From the NCBI GenBank assembly GCA_002633005.1, contig NMRA01000054.1:125492-189491 (forward strand): 64,000 bases of DNA. The letters are read 5' to 3'. A model generated the notes under the pieces. It worked only from the letters and a program-made list of their open reading frames with translations. It was not told where the DNA came from and did no database searches. Position numbers and translations under genes: made by a program. Origin of the DNA: Phoronis australis. Taxonomy: Eukaryota; Animalia; Phoronida. The first letter of the stretch is position 1. The number at the start of each line of letters is the position of its first letter. Below are positions 49,655-63,300 of this stretch, piece by piece.

Positions 49655-52600
49655 TTAATTAAAGCCTTATTACCTTCGAAATTATTAATAATTTATGAAC
49701 CATAATTCCTTGAATTCATCTTGAATGGAAATTCTGGACACCAATATAATATTCATCAGCAATTATTAAATCATGTTCATGAAAAACAAATTTTTCAAAA
49801 CTGATAAAGTTCTCCTTGCACCTCCAAAAATATTAAGTTAGACTTTCTAAAGTCATACCTGTGTGAAGTTTTCTCCTGTTAATCTTAAAAATAGCTTACA
49901 CACTTTACTGGTAGCGAAATAAATTACCAGCCACTATAGTCTTGCTCAGATACTTTTCTGGGCCAGTTCCAAGAAGGACAACTACATACAACTAATTAAA
50001 GATTTAATAACTAATGACCTCCACGCCATCTAATACTGACATTTGAGCAGATTCAAATGTCTTGAATTTTATTGGATATAGTAAGCTGGGGATATTCTAA
50101 CATTATAAACTTCTAGTCAAAAATACATGACGCACTTGTGTATCTCCTCAAATCGGCGTTGAGAAACACTGTTTACATCCGCCTCGGACTCTGAACGCAA
50201 ACATACTGCCACACCAACTGTCAGCATTAGGTTTCGATTGAATTTTAGACCAATATTTTTGACATTCTCTAGTCATAGGCTCGTATTGAGTGGTAATTTG
50301 TTCATGTACATAAATACTCTAAAATGGCCTCATCCAGTACTTCTGACACAGTATTTCTAACAGCATGGAGTTAATACAGGGCCATGCAAAAAGTCGCGGG
50401 AAACATTCTTCTTGCAACACCAGACCGTTTTCTTGTCAAGACATTTCGTGCAATCGGTGAACAGGTGCAGTCTTACGGTAACAATATATAGCACTGCCGT
50501 CAGTGATTGCATTTATGCCATTAAGGGAACACTTAGCGTCGCTAGTGTTGGCTTACGTAATGGTTTACCAAGGTATCGATGCCATAAACTAGATTTACAA
50601 AGTCAAGTTATGGTGCATACATTTTACGTTCAAAACGAAAAAGATGGCGTGGCTACATCTACGTGCGTATACGCCCCATAACATGAAAACTTATGGCACA
50701 TAGACGCTTGGATGAAACTGAAAAAGGTGGTTTCTGCGTCTACGTGCGTCTAACCCACACCATACCCAGCCCGGATGGGTTCACATTGTTCTCTCGTCTT
50801 CCAGAAAGAACTTGCTTTTAAGCTTATTTTTGATAAAAATTATCTTCGGCAAGAACGTAATGTTTTCTGTGTTTGACTAATTAAGTCTTAAAGACGAATG
50901 ATCTCATCCAAATACAAATATAAAAGTCGTTTACAAATTAGCCAATTTTGAACATCCGATAACCAGGTAACTATAACGGCTAAGCTATGCAGTTTTGCAG
51001 AGTAATTGCTATCAGGTATTTCCCAAACGTTTCCTGTGCATTAAACGCGTTTGTGCCAGACAAAGTAAGCCTTCTTGTACTTGAATGTCACATGGTCAGA
51101 GACTGGGGATAGCACATTATTTTTCTCAACTAATGTCACTGCACGGTTGTTCTTTACAAGTCAAAAAAATCACGATGTATTGAATTAAACTCTTACAAAA
51201 AGCAATCAGACACCTACAACTAGGAGGATAGAAAGTGAAACAGAGTCGACCTCTAATGGTCTCATTATGAAGGCAGCTTGAGTGCACGTGGGCAATCAAA
51301 ACAAAGTACCTCGCCGCTTAATATGAACTCGTCCTAAACAACGTGACCTGCTTCAGGACAGCACACACTTTATAGCATTCTTACACATGCCAACCGGCAC
51401 TGTCACTTTTAAGGATCACAGTACAATAAATAAACAAGTAATAACGTTTATTTATAGCAGTAAATTAATCAAAACAATCGTTCCTAAGAGATAAAATTTA
51501 AGCAAAATGGTATGTCAGACGTGACGTGAGCTTTTAAAGTTATGAAAACTTCAAAAACATACTTTTGTTTTTATTTTAGGGCCAAGTCAAACCAAGGTAC
51601 GATCTCTCAAACAGGAACACCTATTAGGAGCCAATAAAACGTTCGTTTCCTCCCGTCCCATGACAGTTTCATTTAGTAGGCTACGGACGTTAGACCGGAT
51701 TTAGTGTGATGGTGCACTTCTTAAAAGTTTCCATTTCACTTAGTTCTAGTTTTCGAAATTCTAAAGCGTGTATAGTAAACGTGTTGCATAAAATATGCAA
51801 GCTGAGCAAGTCGATGAAATAGAAATCTTTGATTAAATTAAAACAGGTAATTAATTTACCAACTGAATTAAAGCACGTGATGCGCACAGTTTAAGGATAA
51901 CATGTTGACATTGACAAGTCTGCGTATTTAGGCAAATAAACCATTGATTTTGTAGGAATAAAAGGGCTGTAGATTTTTTTACTTTTTTACTAATTGCCAT
52001 CAGTCGGGTCACGTGACCATGTCTTTTTAGCGAACTTTAACGAAAACAGTACATAAAGCATAACATGTGAAAGTTTCTTATGAATTTGATCAACTGACCA
52101 AATTTTAACATTTTTCTATGAACCTATATATCCACAAACCTTGCACCACACTGAATTTGTTGAGACAAACAGTTTACACTAAGCAAGCAAAGTCTTTTTC
52201 AAATGATTTTCCAAGAGTTCGTAGTTATTCAGTTTGACAGTGAAGTGTGTTCAGTAACTTATATGTAGGTGTTTACGGACACGTAATATGTCTGAAAATA
52301 ACTAAACTAAACAAGTGTACGTTATTTGGTAGTCGCAAGGCCTAAATGAACCAAAATACAGTAGGCGGGTGGTAACGAACACACAAAAGGTCGGTTGATG
52401 AAGTATATGCGGAAACATCAGCATATTCCAGACAAGAACTTTATTTCCACACCATTTTATCAGAACTGAATTTGTCATAAAGTTAATGTCATGATTTGAA
52501 AAGAAGTCAAAAAGTAACCTACTGACTTAGGTTTTACTTGTATGCCATATAAGAACGAAAGTAGTCTTCGAGGGTTTTACCTAGCAGAAGTCGAAACAGA

Positions 52601-52967
52601 CAAATGAATCGTGTTTGGCTGTCTTTTTCTAACGACAGTGTTTTGTTTTTCATTAATTTGGGATTTCGAATTTGTGTGAAGGACACGCGAACAGAACAGG
52701 GGATGGTTATATTGATTATCCAAGTTTCGAAAGAACAGTGAAGTAACATATTCCAAATTTCTTGAAAAATCACGGTTCGCAGAAACCGCATGTAGAGCCA
52801 AAACACGTGAGTAGCACTGGTTTCTGACGTTGCGCGCACGCCGCTTGCTTTGAACGGTACATTTATCTTTCTTTAGCGTATACGGTAGGTAATTTCATTT
52901 GCGATATATTTAATATTTAGACATCCTTGCTCCTACATGTATATGCCTACTTTGCTCGTCGTTTCAG

Positions 52968-53130
52968 GTCTGGCATATACTACACAATTGGCTACTAGCT
53001 GTTTCAGTGGCAACTTCGAACTGACATGCGACCGCAAGCATAGAATCCACATCGAGTCAGATCAGTACGGTTACTCTTCTGAAAACAAGTGTACCTACAC
53101 CGAAGGAGACTGTATGGTGGATAATGAAGG
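52968..53130 (+). CDS. Exon 2: SUEL/Gal-lectin-like domain, N-terminal half
   Basis: SCFSGNFELTCDRKHRIHIESDQYG..C..GDC. Phase 1-2. Confidence 0.88.
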
Positions 53131-53921
53131 GTATGAGTAAATGAACAAGATACATTGACTGCGAACTTGATTTCAATTAGAACGAACCGATTCAGGGAGA
53201 ATTTATATTAGTTTTGAATGTTCCAATATTTTCACTGTTTTTCGTGTTAAACTGTGGTAAATAATGATTTTGTGACTTTTTAAACACGCAGAAACTTTTA
53301 GTTATTGTTTCGAATATTTATCAAGTGCATAATGTTGTTTTTAAGCCATACATACACTATTAAGTTACTTACAAGGGTTCCAGATGTTGAGAACCAGTTT
53401 TGATGCTCGTTTTTCAATGCAGGAAAAGTGGTTCTCAAAATGCACGCGGCTATTAGCCAAAATCGCATACAACAATCGGACTGTGTAGACAGTGATCTGA
53501 GTGTCGTATGGGACTTCATAATGAATCGGTGGTATTCCAGAACGAAATCTCACCTTATGTTTATCAAACAACCAATTGTATGCGACATTTAAAGTCGAAA
53601 TTTGCGTTGGAGCAACAATTTGCAAACTATGATAAGTCACATACGGCTGTCGTATTCGGAGATCACTATAAACGAAATTTGTACACACAGCTTCAGACCT
53701 TTAACTTGTGACAAAAATTTGAGGCAAAGTCGAAGAATTTGTGTGTACCGTCGCACAGACAATTTAATTACTTGAGAAATTTCGTATCTTTCTCATCGAA
53801 TGAAAGAAAAACATCAATGAAAGGATAATACTAAAAATGAACGAAGTATTAAAAATAAAATAATGATATGAACTCTAATAATAACCATTACTCTATTAAA
53901 TCCGAACACCTCTTCCCACAG

Positions 53922-54049
53922 TCACAGAAGTTTAACAACTCGTTACTGCGAGGGCCATCTCTCATGTTCCCCGGGCATCAGCGTCAGTAAAAGACTTTGC
54001 TCATCAAAATTCACCAACTATCAAATTATCAAATACAACTGTGTACCAG
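53922..54049 (+). CDS. Exon 3: SUEL-like domain, C-terminal half
   Basis: RYCEGHLSCS..LCSSKFTNYQIIKYNCVP. Phase 2-1. Not in the ORF track. Confidence 0.88.
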
Positions 54050-54219
54050 GTAACTTTGCATCCGCATCAGTGGTGGTGGTGGTGGTGCTAGATGTAGTGG
54101 CGATGATAGCGGGTCTGGTAGAGGTAGTTGGAGAGCAGTGGCAGTGGGGGTAGGACTACAAATGATGGAGGAGCAATGGAAGTGGGAGAAGCAGTGGTAG
54201 TGGGTATGGGAGTGGAAAT

Positions 54220-54471
54220 ATCAGTGGGTGTGGAAGTATCAGTGGGCGTGGAAGTATCAGTGGGTGTGGTAGTATCAGTGGGTGTGGTAGTATCAGTGGG
54301 TGTGGTAGTATCAGTGGGTGTGGTAGTATCAGTGGGTGTGGTAGTATCAGTGGGTGTGGAAGTATCAGTGGGTGTGGAAGTATCAGTGGGTGTGGAAGTA
54401 TCAGTGGGTGTGGAAGTATCAGTGGGTGTGGAAGTATCAGTGGGTGTGGAAGTATCAGTGGGTGTGGAAGT
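54220..54471. repeat. 18-bp minisatellite x14 (atcagtgggtgtgg[a/t]agt), intronic
   Basis: Directly visible. The T-variant units form a contiguous block. Confidence 0.97.
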
Positions 54472-55087
54472 AGCAGTGTTGGTGTAGTGTCGAGTTTGTC
54501 TTGTAGTTTCAACCGTTATTAGTCAATTTCAGGTAGTTTGTACGTGTATAATTTACTACAGGACACGGCCAAATTAAAAAAACTACCTCGGAATGCCGGC
54601 TTAAGATTTACGCGGTCGGGACTCCCTTACGACATAGTAAATCCACTTACTAGTGCTTATTGGCGTATTCATAGTTGGTTATAGGAAAGTTCTAAATCGG
54701 CATGTAAAAAGTTTAAGTTTCTGTACAAATGGTTAATTACTCTGTGAACGTAATAATTGTATACATCAAATTAGTTTACGCTCACAGCTTTCCCATTTAA
54801 GCAAACAATATGCACGGACGTTTCCGTCAGTCTATCCAAAGGCTACTGACTCCTTAGATTTATTGAAGTAATCTAAAAAATCTACTGATTGTTTACAAAC
54901 ATCGCAATTCTACTGTTTTACTTCCCGCACTGCTTCTGAAAGCCAACCCTTGTATCTATTTACACAATTTCTCACACACCGGCATCACTTTTTAACAAAA
55001 TTCGTTAGTGTTTCTTTTTCGAAAATCATTTACTACTTGTTTTGAAAATTTTATACAAGGAATAGATCCGAATTGGTTTTATTTCAG

Positions 55088-55426
55088 AAACCGATGTTCT
55101 TCGATTGTGTCAAGTGAATTCGTTTGAAGGCAATGAAGGTTTTGTGGCCACACCCCGCTTTCCATTTCCTTATCCCGACAATGTCGATTGCAAATGCACT
55201 CTATCAACGACACATTCCGGTGGCGTAAAAGTAGAGTTTCGTAGTTTTGATGTCAAAAATAACCCGACTGGAACTTGCAGAGATTTTGTGGAATTGACCA
55301 ACAATGGAAAATCTGTCAAAGCTTGCACTAAGCCGACGACTACCATGCTGTCAGGAAAGACAACATTGCGATTTGTCTCGAACTCGATTGGCGAATCAGC
55401 GCAAGGATTCTGGATGAAATTTTCTG
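55088..55426 (+). CDS. Exon 4: CUB domain
   Basis: GFVATPRFPFPYPDNVDCKC..CRDFVEL..LRFVSN..QGFWMKFS. 339 nt, phase 1-1. Confidence 0.93.
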
Positions 55427-55669
55427 GTGAGTGTCGGAACGTTTACATTTCATGTCATGTTTTGCATAAGTATAAGCCACATTATATTATCATCGGTCGT
55501 TCAATACATTTCACGGTTGCGAACGCCTTTCACGTGTTCAAAAAGTTTAATTATGTCTAAGTTTGCACACTGTAATGCTTGTCCTGTATTTCACGACATA
55601 CGGTAAAATGAAAGAGAAACGCTAACTTTTCAAAACTTCATTTGAGCTTACTCTGATTACATGTTTTAG

Positions 55670-56449
55670 TACCACCCGAACATAAAGTAAAAGTGGTATG
55701 TGGTGATTCTATGGGAAGCAGGGATGTCTCACAACCTCCAGAGCTGACTTCAATAGAACCTACAACGAAAGAAACGGAGGAAATATCTAAAACATTAAAA
55801 CTATCCCCGACTACACAAACCCCTGTAATGACACCAGAAGTAACAACTCAGGCAACTGTAAAAAATGCGAAGGAATCTACCATGCCTGCATCCGAGACAA
55901 CAGCACCTCCTGTTACTCAGTCATCAAAGGAAATTGGCGCTATGCCAACTCCTAAAAGCAACAATGGGGGCAACGCATTAGTGACAACAGTGTCTGCCGG
56001 GGAGAACAATGAAAATCAAAACAGTGCTCTCCGGGACAATAGAAACAATTCAACTGTTGGCTCTTCCGGTGGGTCTTCGGGGGCACAAAATAAGTCAGCT
56101 GAAAACCACACGCCTTCGGCCATCTCTCGTGACAACACCAGCAGGAGGGATGCGACGACTGAGGCTTTGAGAAACGGCATCATCGAAGTTGAACAAATTG
56201 ACAACTTTACCAATATCTATTTAAATGAAAGCGAGTTTACCACTACCGCAGTCGATGTAGATGGAAGCGATTCAACAGAAACGAAAACAACAACTGAAAC
56301 GTTTAAGACACCAAAAGTGAGGACAGTAGCAGACAAACTAACAACTGTAACTCTCAGGGCGAAGAAAGTAAATTGGCAAGAGCGCGTAGCCTCAGATGGA
56401 ATGATGAAACGGCCACCTATCTCATTATTTAAGGTTCCTCAACCAAAAG
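55670..56449 (+). CDS. Exon 5: Thr/Ser/Asn-rich stalk
   Basis: ORF 55693-56454. 780 nt, phase 1-1. Confidence 0.9.
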
Positions 56450-56759
56450 GTTAGTCTACATGAACCACTGATGTATTGTAGTTGGCACAATTATCAATTT
56501 CAAGCTGTAAGCTCAAATCAATCTCAAGCTACCGTTCGAGATCTGTTTGCCGCCGTCGGCGATCAATTCTCTAAACGATACCAAAGAGACATCCCAATAA
56601 AAACATGTCTATTTAGCCGTGCAATCGGAAATCGCACCGCCAGCAGTGACATTTGTTTTTGGTAAGGGTAAACGTAAATTTTCATGGCAAAGTTTATTCA
56701 TTCGAAAGTCGTGGTATTAACAATGTTATGCATACTGGTTTACCGGTAATAGCCACTCC

Positions 56760-56839
56760 CAGGCGTCCCGAATTTTGAGAACCAGCTTGATGCCCGTTAA
56801 TCAGTGAAGAAAACTGGTTCTCAAAATTCGGGATCCCTG
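56760..56839. mobile_element. ~80-bp hairpin MITE, with a diverged copy at ~53373-53441
   Basis: tcccgaattttgagaaccag / ctggttctcaaaattcggga is a perfect 20-bp inverted repeat. No TSD found. Confidence 0.65.
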
Positions 56840-57134
56840 TCTGTTACAATTGCCCGTATGCCACTAGACATCAGTTTCTTCTTTTAGAAGACTGTAGCAA
56901 TCTGTTTTGTGATAAGGTTAGCTGGTTTCCAAATGAAGAGTCTATGATGGAACATTGTTGCCCGTTATCGCCCGTCCAGACATATGCGTTCTTAGAATTA
57001 GTTTGGGGTGAAAGTGCTTTCAGCAACAATTACTCGGAGTCGGCCAAGTCCCGAGGAACTTGCTTACATACATGTATATTGTTTACAGATATCTTTATGT
57101 ATTTTTTTTCATTCCTGGCCTCCTTCAATTACAG

Positions 57135-57294
57135 TGGAGAAATTAAGTGAAAAAGAAAATACCGACGAGTCAGCAAACAGTGCCAACTCGCAACCAGCAG
57201 GGTTTAATTTCCTTACGGTTGTGATGTGCGCAGTAGCCGGTGTTCTTGGCATTGTCATGTTCATCGCTGGGTTCGTCAGCCTCAACAAGCGAAA
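57135..57294 (+). CDS. Exon 6: transmembrane helix
   Basis: FLTVVMCAVAGVLGIVMFIAGFVSL followed by NKRK. Phase 1-2. Confidence 0.9.
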
Positions 57295-58446
57295 GTAAGC
57301 AAGGCTCAAGAACACTTTTACAGCTTCCATAATTTTATCGCGGCACTGCTGTGCGTGGACTTGGAATTCCGCTCTATCTCCAAGATCCCGTATACCTGGA
57401 ACTTTAAATTAAATATTCATTAAAGTACTCATTTGAAAGTTTTGATCATGGAAAAGAATTTTTCTTATTATTGTCCCACGATCATCTATTGTCTCCTTTA
57501 TCGGAACTTGTGTCACATAATCGTAGAAATATGTGAATGGTAAACGTGATTATTTGAGAGAATTTGACAAGTTTTCTAGGGAATTTTAAGTTCACGCATA
57601 CGCGATCTTGATATTTAGCAGAATTCGAAGTTCAAGTAGAGCAGGACCACCTTATGCCTAGGCAATCCGTATGAAGTTACCGCATTTGTCATATCACTTA
57701 TATATTTTTAAGTGTTCATTTCAAGCCGCTATAAAGTAATGCTGTCAAAAACAATGTTCTTCGCAGGAGTATTAAGGGGATTCGACAGAGGTTTTAATTT
57801 GTCGTTGAATTTTTTTTTACGTATCTTGTGTTTTAGTCTTTTTGATTGCAAATCACCAATTCTCGCCGTTGTCCGCAACATATTCTCTTAAATCAAGGCC
57901 GACTTTGAATACTGTTCAAACACTCTGTCATTTAACAAGAGAGGTTTGGCTCCGGTAGCAGCCAAGGCTTTTGGCTGGGAACACAGCAGTTACAGGCTCC
58001 ACTCCGCGCTGAGATTGATCGAAGGAAATTGCTTTCTTCGCCTATGATTTTTCTTTGAAATGACATTATGAGCGAAAAACGTGATTTTCTGAGAACAACC
58101 ATAGTGCGGATTTGAATAGGGAACCTTTGCTGCTAAACGCTCTGGTGGCTGAGCTAAACCTCACTAGTATAGCATAGTAATTTAAAGTTATCTAAGTGCT
58201 ATGTCACCGGCATTTATTTCAGAGGATGCCTGACAGACAACGTTTTTGGTGATTTGCAATAGAACCATCAATAATACAACGGAGTTTATTGTTTTATAGC
58301 TCTCTTGTCAAAACTAACTGCAAAAGTCCATTCAACTCTCCCTATGAGCTTCGTGGTCAATGTATCTTTCCTAGAAGCATTAGAAAAATGACGTTTTGAG
58401 GTCCAAGTAGCGTTTGTTTTAATAAATGTTCCTTGTTCTGCTTCAG

Positions 58447-58882
58447 AAAATACTTCCGATTTGGAAGTTTGTTTGGCACCGAACTTGCGAGCATTTTATC
58501 AAGCACCTTAGGACGCAGAACGAGAGAGACAGAAACAGAGGTCCACGGTGACAGCACGTCTATTAACAGTGCAGATACAGAGATTTCAGACGATTTGTCT
58601 ACACCTCCGTCCGACACCAAAACTGTTCGATTTGAGGAGATCAGCGAAGAGTGTACATCTACTCTGAAAACCACGTCATTTGACCATGATTTCAAGACTC
58701 CTGTCGACATAAGAAATCTCGCAGTACACCATGACGACCCAGACCCTAACCCAGTGATTGACAAGAGGCCTCCTGCCTTGCCACCGAGACTTTACCAGCC
58801 CAAGGAAGTCATATTTCCGGCTGAAGAGACAGAGGTACCGCCTCCTCTTCCAGCTAAGAACGCTAGCAGAAGTCACGAGTAA
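58447..58882 (+). CDS. Exon 7: cytoplasmic tail with RPPALPPR and PPPLPAK
   Basis: ctgcttcag acceptor, phase 2, stop at 58882. Confidence 0.88.
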
Positions 58883-58981
58883 GACAGAATCGACATTCCC
58901 CGCGAAATTAATTTTACGACTTTATCTCCTCGGAACAAAATACTTCTTCCAACAAAAAAAATATTATTAATTCGAAAATGT

Positions 58982-58987
58982 AATAAA
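58982..58987 (+). terminator. Candidate polyadenylation signal AATAAA
   Basis: First AATAAA 100 bp after the stop. Confidence 0.45.
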
Positions 58988-59833
58988 CTTTTTGCAGGAC
59001 CTTATCAACAAGTCTATACATTTAACAAAATATAAAATCTTAGTCCATAACATTATACATTTCCGAAAGTAGAAAGTCAGTAGAAATTGATTTTGCCCTT
59101 ATACCGAAATGTCGTTAATTGGATCACGTAACCATACTTTTTTATTATATTTAGAAAAAGCAAAGGTTTATTCATAGCAAAACAAAGATATCAGTAACAT
59201 GACCTAATTTCATTTGAATCGAATGATGTTCAAGATGAAATAAAAAGACGCTGTTTCATTTTTCCATTTTTCATTTCGTTTTCGTCTCATTTATTTTCAA
59301 AAAAGCATAAAATTGCTATTTTTATAACGTCTGACTCAAAATGGAACAGAATTTTGGCAAACAGTTCGTGAAGTATAATATCTGAACATTTCATGTGAAT
59401 CCGATGAAATATGGTGCTCCTAAATTAGTCAATGTACTTCTTAAAGTAATGTTTTTCAAAAGATTAAACAAGTGATTATTATAACATGTAAGAATTAACT
59501 TATACAGACTTAAAATTTTTGTCGCTGACAATACTATTTATCATGTTTGGTTATATTTAGCATTTGCTTAACTAAACATCCACATATTGACGCGCATGAA
59601 AGATAATGCGCATGCGCTGCCTTGGTGAAGAACTGCAACAGCATAAGCCCTCTCTCGTGTAAGAGAGAAATGTTATCTTATGTGTTATCTCTTAATCCTA
59701 TATTTTCTGACACAATGGTATAACTAGTCTGTTGTCAAATGATGACCGGAGAGATACTTTACTCAAAACGCATCGGTAACAGGCAACTATTGTTTTGACA
59801 TATAGCACATATTTTGTGACCCGTGAAAATTAA

Positions 59834-60339
59834 AGTTACATAGGACTTTATAAAAAGTCAGCATATTCAGCCAAATACCTATAAAACTATATGTCTTCAC
59901 CCCCGTAAAGTGTACATTTTCTCAAAGTAGATCCCCTATAAAATTCGTTTTGACTGTTTACCGATCTGTATTAATTGGATCAGTTGGCCATGTCTTTCTG
60001 TAAAAAGTAGCAAATAGAAGATACAATGGTAGCAAAACAACGGTATCAATAACATGATGAAAATTTGTTAGATATCCATGTTCAAGATGAGATCTCATAA
60101 ACAGTTTACTAAAATATCATTTCGTTTTCGTTTAATCCAACTTTCGAGTTTTTTTCATGAAAACATAGAATTCCTATTTTTGATAGTCCCTCACGCAAGA
60201 GTGTATCCTTTTAAAACAATTCCTAATAACGTTTTGGAAAACAATGCATAAAACGTATCTTAAAATGTTTCATGTCAATCTGCTCAACCATTTCGGAAGT
60301 ATGCCAAATTTGGACATTTTTCTACAGTTCTAAATAACT
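59834..60339 (+). mobile_element. Kolobok-like MITE family copy, with another diverged copy at ~58990-59430
   Basis: ttaa|agttacataggact ... agttctaaataact ends. Internal block shared with 29107-29695. Confidence 0.6.
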
Positions 60340-63300
60340 TAAAGAGCATAAATAAGCTTCTGTGTTTAGATTCATATGATTAATGTTGTCAATGGCTGCA
60401 ATAAAACTCCTTGTAAATTACGTTATAACTTTTGTAATTATCCAGTGTAAAATTTGCCGTCATAATGCACGTGACGTCACGAACGGGGGTAATGCTGATC
60501 TGGTAAATTTGACTCTGTTACTGAATATGAACAACTGTTCGCTTAAGCGGCAGGTTGGACGGCGCGCCGCTTGCACAGACCTCTGCGGAACCAGCATTGA
60601 GGAATCTAGATCTGACATGAGTACAAAGAGTGACATCAGCCTCAACAGAGATCCCAGCACCAACAGGAAAAAAAATGTAGAGGATTTGATGGCAGACATG
60701 TCACGATTTCATTGTCTTTGTCTTAAGGAGGGGAGATCGTTCTCATGTGACATGGTGAGCTCTACGAGCAGCGTGATGCCACCAGTGACACCTAGTGGTG
60801 AAAGTGCGGCGAGGAAATAGCCTGGTGCCACCAGACACACCATGTTGAGTATTTCGGACTTGAATGGACTCGTGTAGGACCGTGAACATGCACAATGTGC
60901 ACCGTAACGTTTGGACTATAATTTGTGGTAAATCAAGAAAAAGACAACTGGTAATTTCTACAAAAAATGTCTTTCAAACATGCATGTACTGTGTGAAGTT
61001 GTTTTTTTCTTTACACCATTTTATGTTTATTAAAGCTGCATTTCACTCTGTTTAACTAAAATGAAAATGAAAGTAAGACTTTTACTCTCATAAAATTGGT
61101 CACTTCATATTCCTTGACATGATGGAATTCTATTTCCATTACCAACAAAAACATCAAAACCATCAGTTACTCAAAAGCAAACCTTTCGGGATTAACGACT
61201 CTGGGGCCTAATTTCGGACCCTTTACATTTAGCGTACGAGATAATTTGATGTTGCTCTGTTTTGATGTTGCTCTAATTCAAATTTCAAACATTGCACTTG
61301 TTAAAATTTAGATATTTTATTTATTGTTGGTGCCATCTTTGAAAACCTTGGTTTCGGTTCATGTGTTGGGGTGGAACCATTTGTTTCGGCTTTGAAATAT
61401 GGGTTAGCCTTTTTTAAACTATTTAAATTCTACCTGACATCATCATCATCCAAATAAAGTTCATTTATTGCTTCACCCGGACGTTTAATAGCTGATAACA
61501 TGATTGGATGGCCACCCTCCAAAGGTTTACGTCTTTTTGCGTTCGTTATCCTAATTCTTCATCGGTCAGTGTTTCCAAACTTTCCAATGACTGAGAAAAT
61601 GATCTTGAATAACTGAAAAATAAAATCAAACTTCCAGAGCACGAATGGGATCGGCATGTTACAAGCTCAGTTATTTAATAAAATTGAAAGACTCTCGGTA
61701 AGAGGTCGTTTTTGGTGTTTTTCTTCGAGTTGTGCGCGATATCTTGTGACACAGCGCAAAGCATGAAGCTGCAAAATGCCTAACATGTTTCTAAATTATA
61801 GTATCTGCGAAATACTTGTGAGTACATCACCGAAGACGAAATCAAACGTTTGTGAAGGACCAGCTGATGGAAAATGGGAAACCGTCGGCAAAATCTTTTC
61901 TGTCTAAACATAGCATTACCATACCATAGCATTATCTTACCCATTCAATGGCCAAACGACTGAACAGTTAGTGAGAGCGATTGTTGTTTTTTGGAAGGAA
62001 TTTCAAGTGTAAGTGATAGGTTAGATGGTACATGTAAGTCCGACACCAAATTTACCTCAGTACAAAGCAAGCCGTTTTAAAACGCAAGAACTTGTCACTG
62101 CCCTGAGTAATGTAAGGAGAACGTAAGAACGCGCATTGCAAACGTATTTTGACCAATATGGTGAAAGTACGAGATCACTGCAACATGCTTTTAGTGCAAC
62201 TTTGACATAACAGAAAAAAATGAAATAGTCTACAAATGCATCGAGTAAATAGGCCGAAAAAGACGTTTAGCAATATTTTGTGTTTCGCGTGGCACGCGCC
62301 ATCCGATCACTTTGAACTTCAAACTCACAACCCAAAACGCTTGCCTTCCGTAGAAACTAGAAACTCGTGAAAACGCGCGACATACATTATGAATGAAGCC
62401 CGTTACCTTCTTAAACTCTATGTAGATGAAGAAATTCAACAAAGGCATGTCTTTTGCCTTCGTCCGCTCAACTGAAAAATCTTGTGATGTCAAAAAGACT
62501 ATTTTCTCCTAAAATCACAAATTCACGTTTGCCTCAGTCACAGAGTGCAGACAATTTATGTTCTGAAAGCTGTCTGTATTAGCAGCAAAAAGTCGCATTC
62601 AACAAAGACGGGTGCTCTAAAATGGTGGAACTTCCAGTTTCGGGTGAAACAGAGCAAATGCCCTATTTTGCTCAAAAGAACTTCAAAGAATTACTGCCTA
62701 TTTACTCCACAAAACTGCCACTCCATTTTATTCATTGTGTGCGGAGCAACACTGCCGTGAGCCGAGGTCTTAGACCTGTGTTTGCCTAATTTACTCAGTT
62801 TATTTTATCACAAAAACCTTACTCAAATTTCTCATGTTTTTGGGACTAAAACGTACCCATCAAAAAGTACTCAAAATCTTGATCAATTCTCAGTTTTCCG
62901 TGCAGTATTCAGGAAAGCGAGACCATCAATAATTCGTCAGTTACATTTCAAGAAAATTTGGGGAAATTACTTGAATCTGCACGCTTGTACTTGAGAAATC
63001 CGCCTAATGCAATGATTTTTTTCTCACCTCCTTGACTGGGAAACTTCGAATTCGTTTACATGGTCTGTAGGGGTACCTAGGTTTCGAAATGCGCATAGAT
63101 TTTATTTTTCTTGTTTTATCTCACGTTACCAAAGGCTTGTGGCAACTCAGTTTTCAAGGCTGAGTACGTCTTAAAGGTGGTGGAAGCCAGTTTTAGAGTA
63201 TTGCTCGACTAAGTACAGTTTAGAGTAAAAGTATCAGAGTAATTCAAATGTCTGAGTAAAGTTCGGTGATCACAGTCCCTGCTGTCAGCAGATGTTTGCT

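Larger units (their letters stand above)
48315..58882 (+). other. Gene span: 7-exon type-I membrane protein, SP-SUEL lectin-CUB-mucin-TM-tail, 686 aa
   Basis: All junctions are GT-AG and phase-compatible. The CDS sums to 2061 nt. Confidence 0.85.

Noticed and set aside
54128-54512. ORFs (VGVEVS)n and (LPHPLI)n, and a possible CRISPR-like array
   Set aside because: These are translations of an 18-bp tandem repeat with no spacers, inside a GT-AG intron.
60383-60920. 145-aa plus and 79-aa minus ORFs in a GC-richer patch
   Set aside because: No recognisable domain or consistent splice structure. It may be a decayed transposon or gene.
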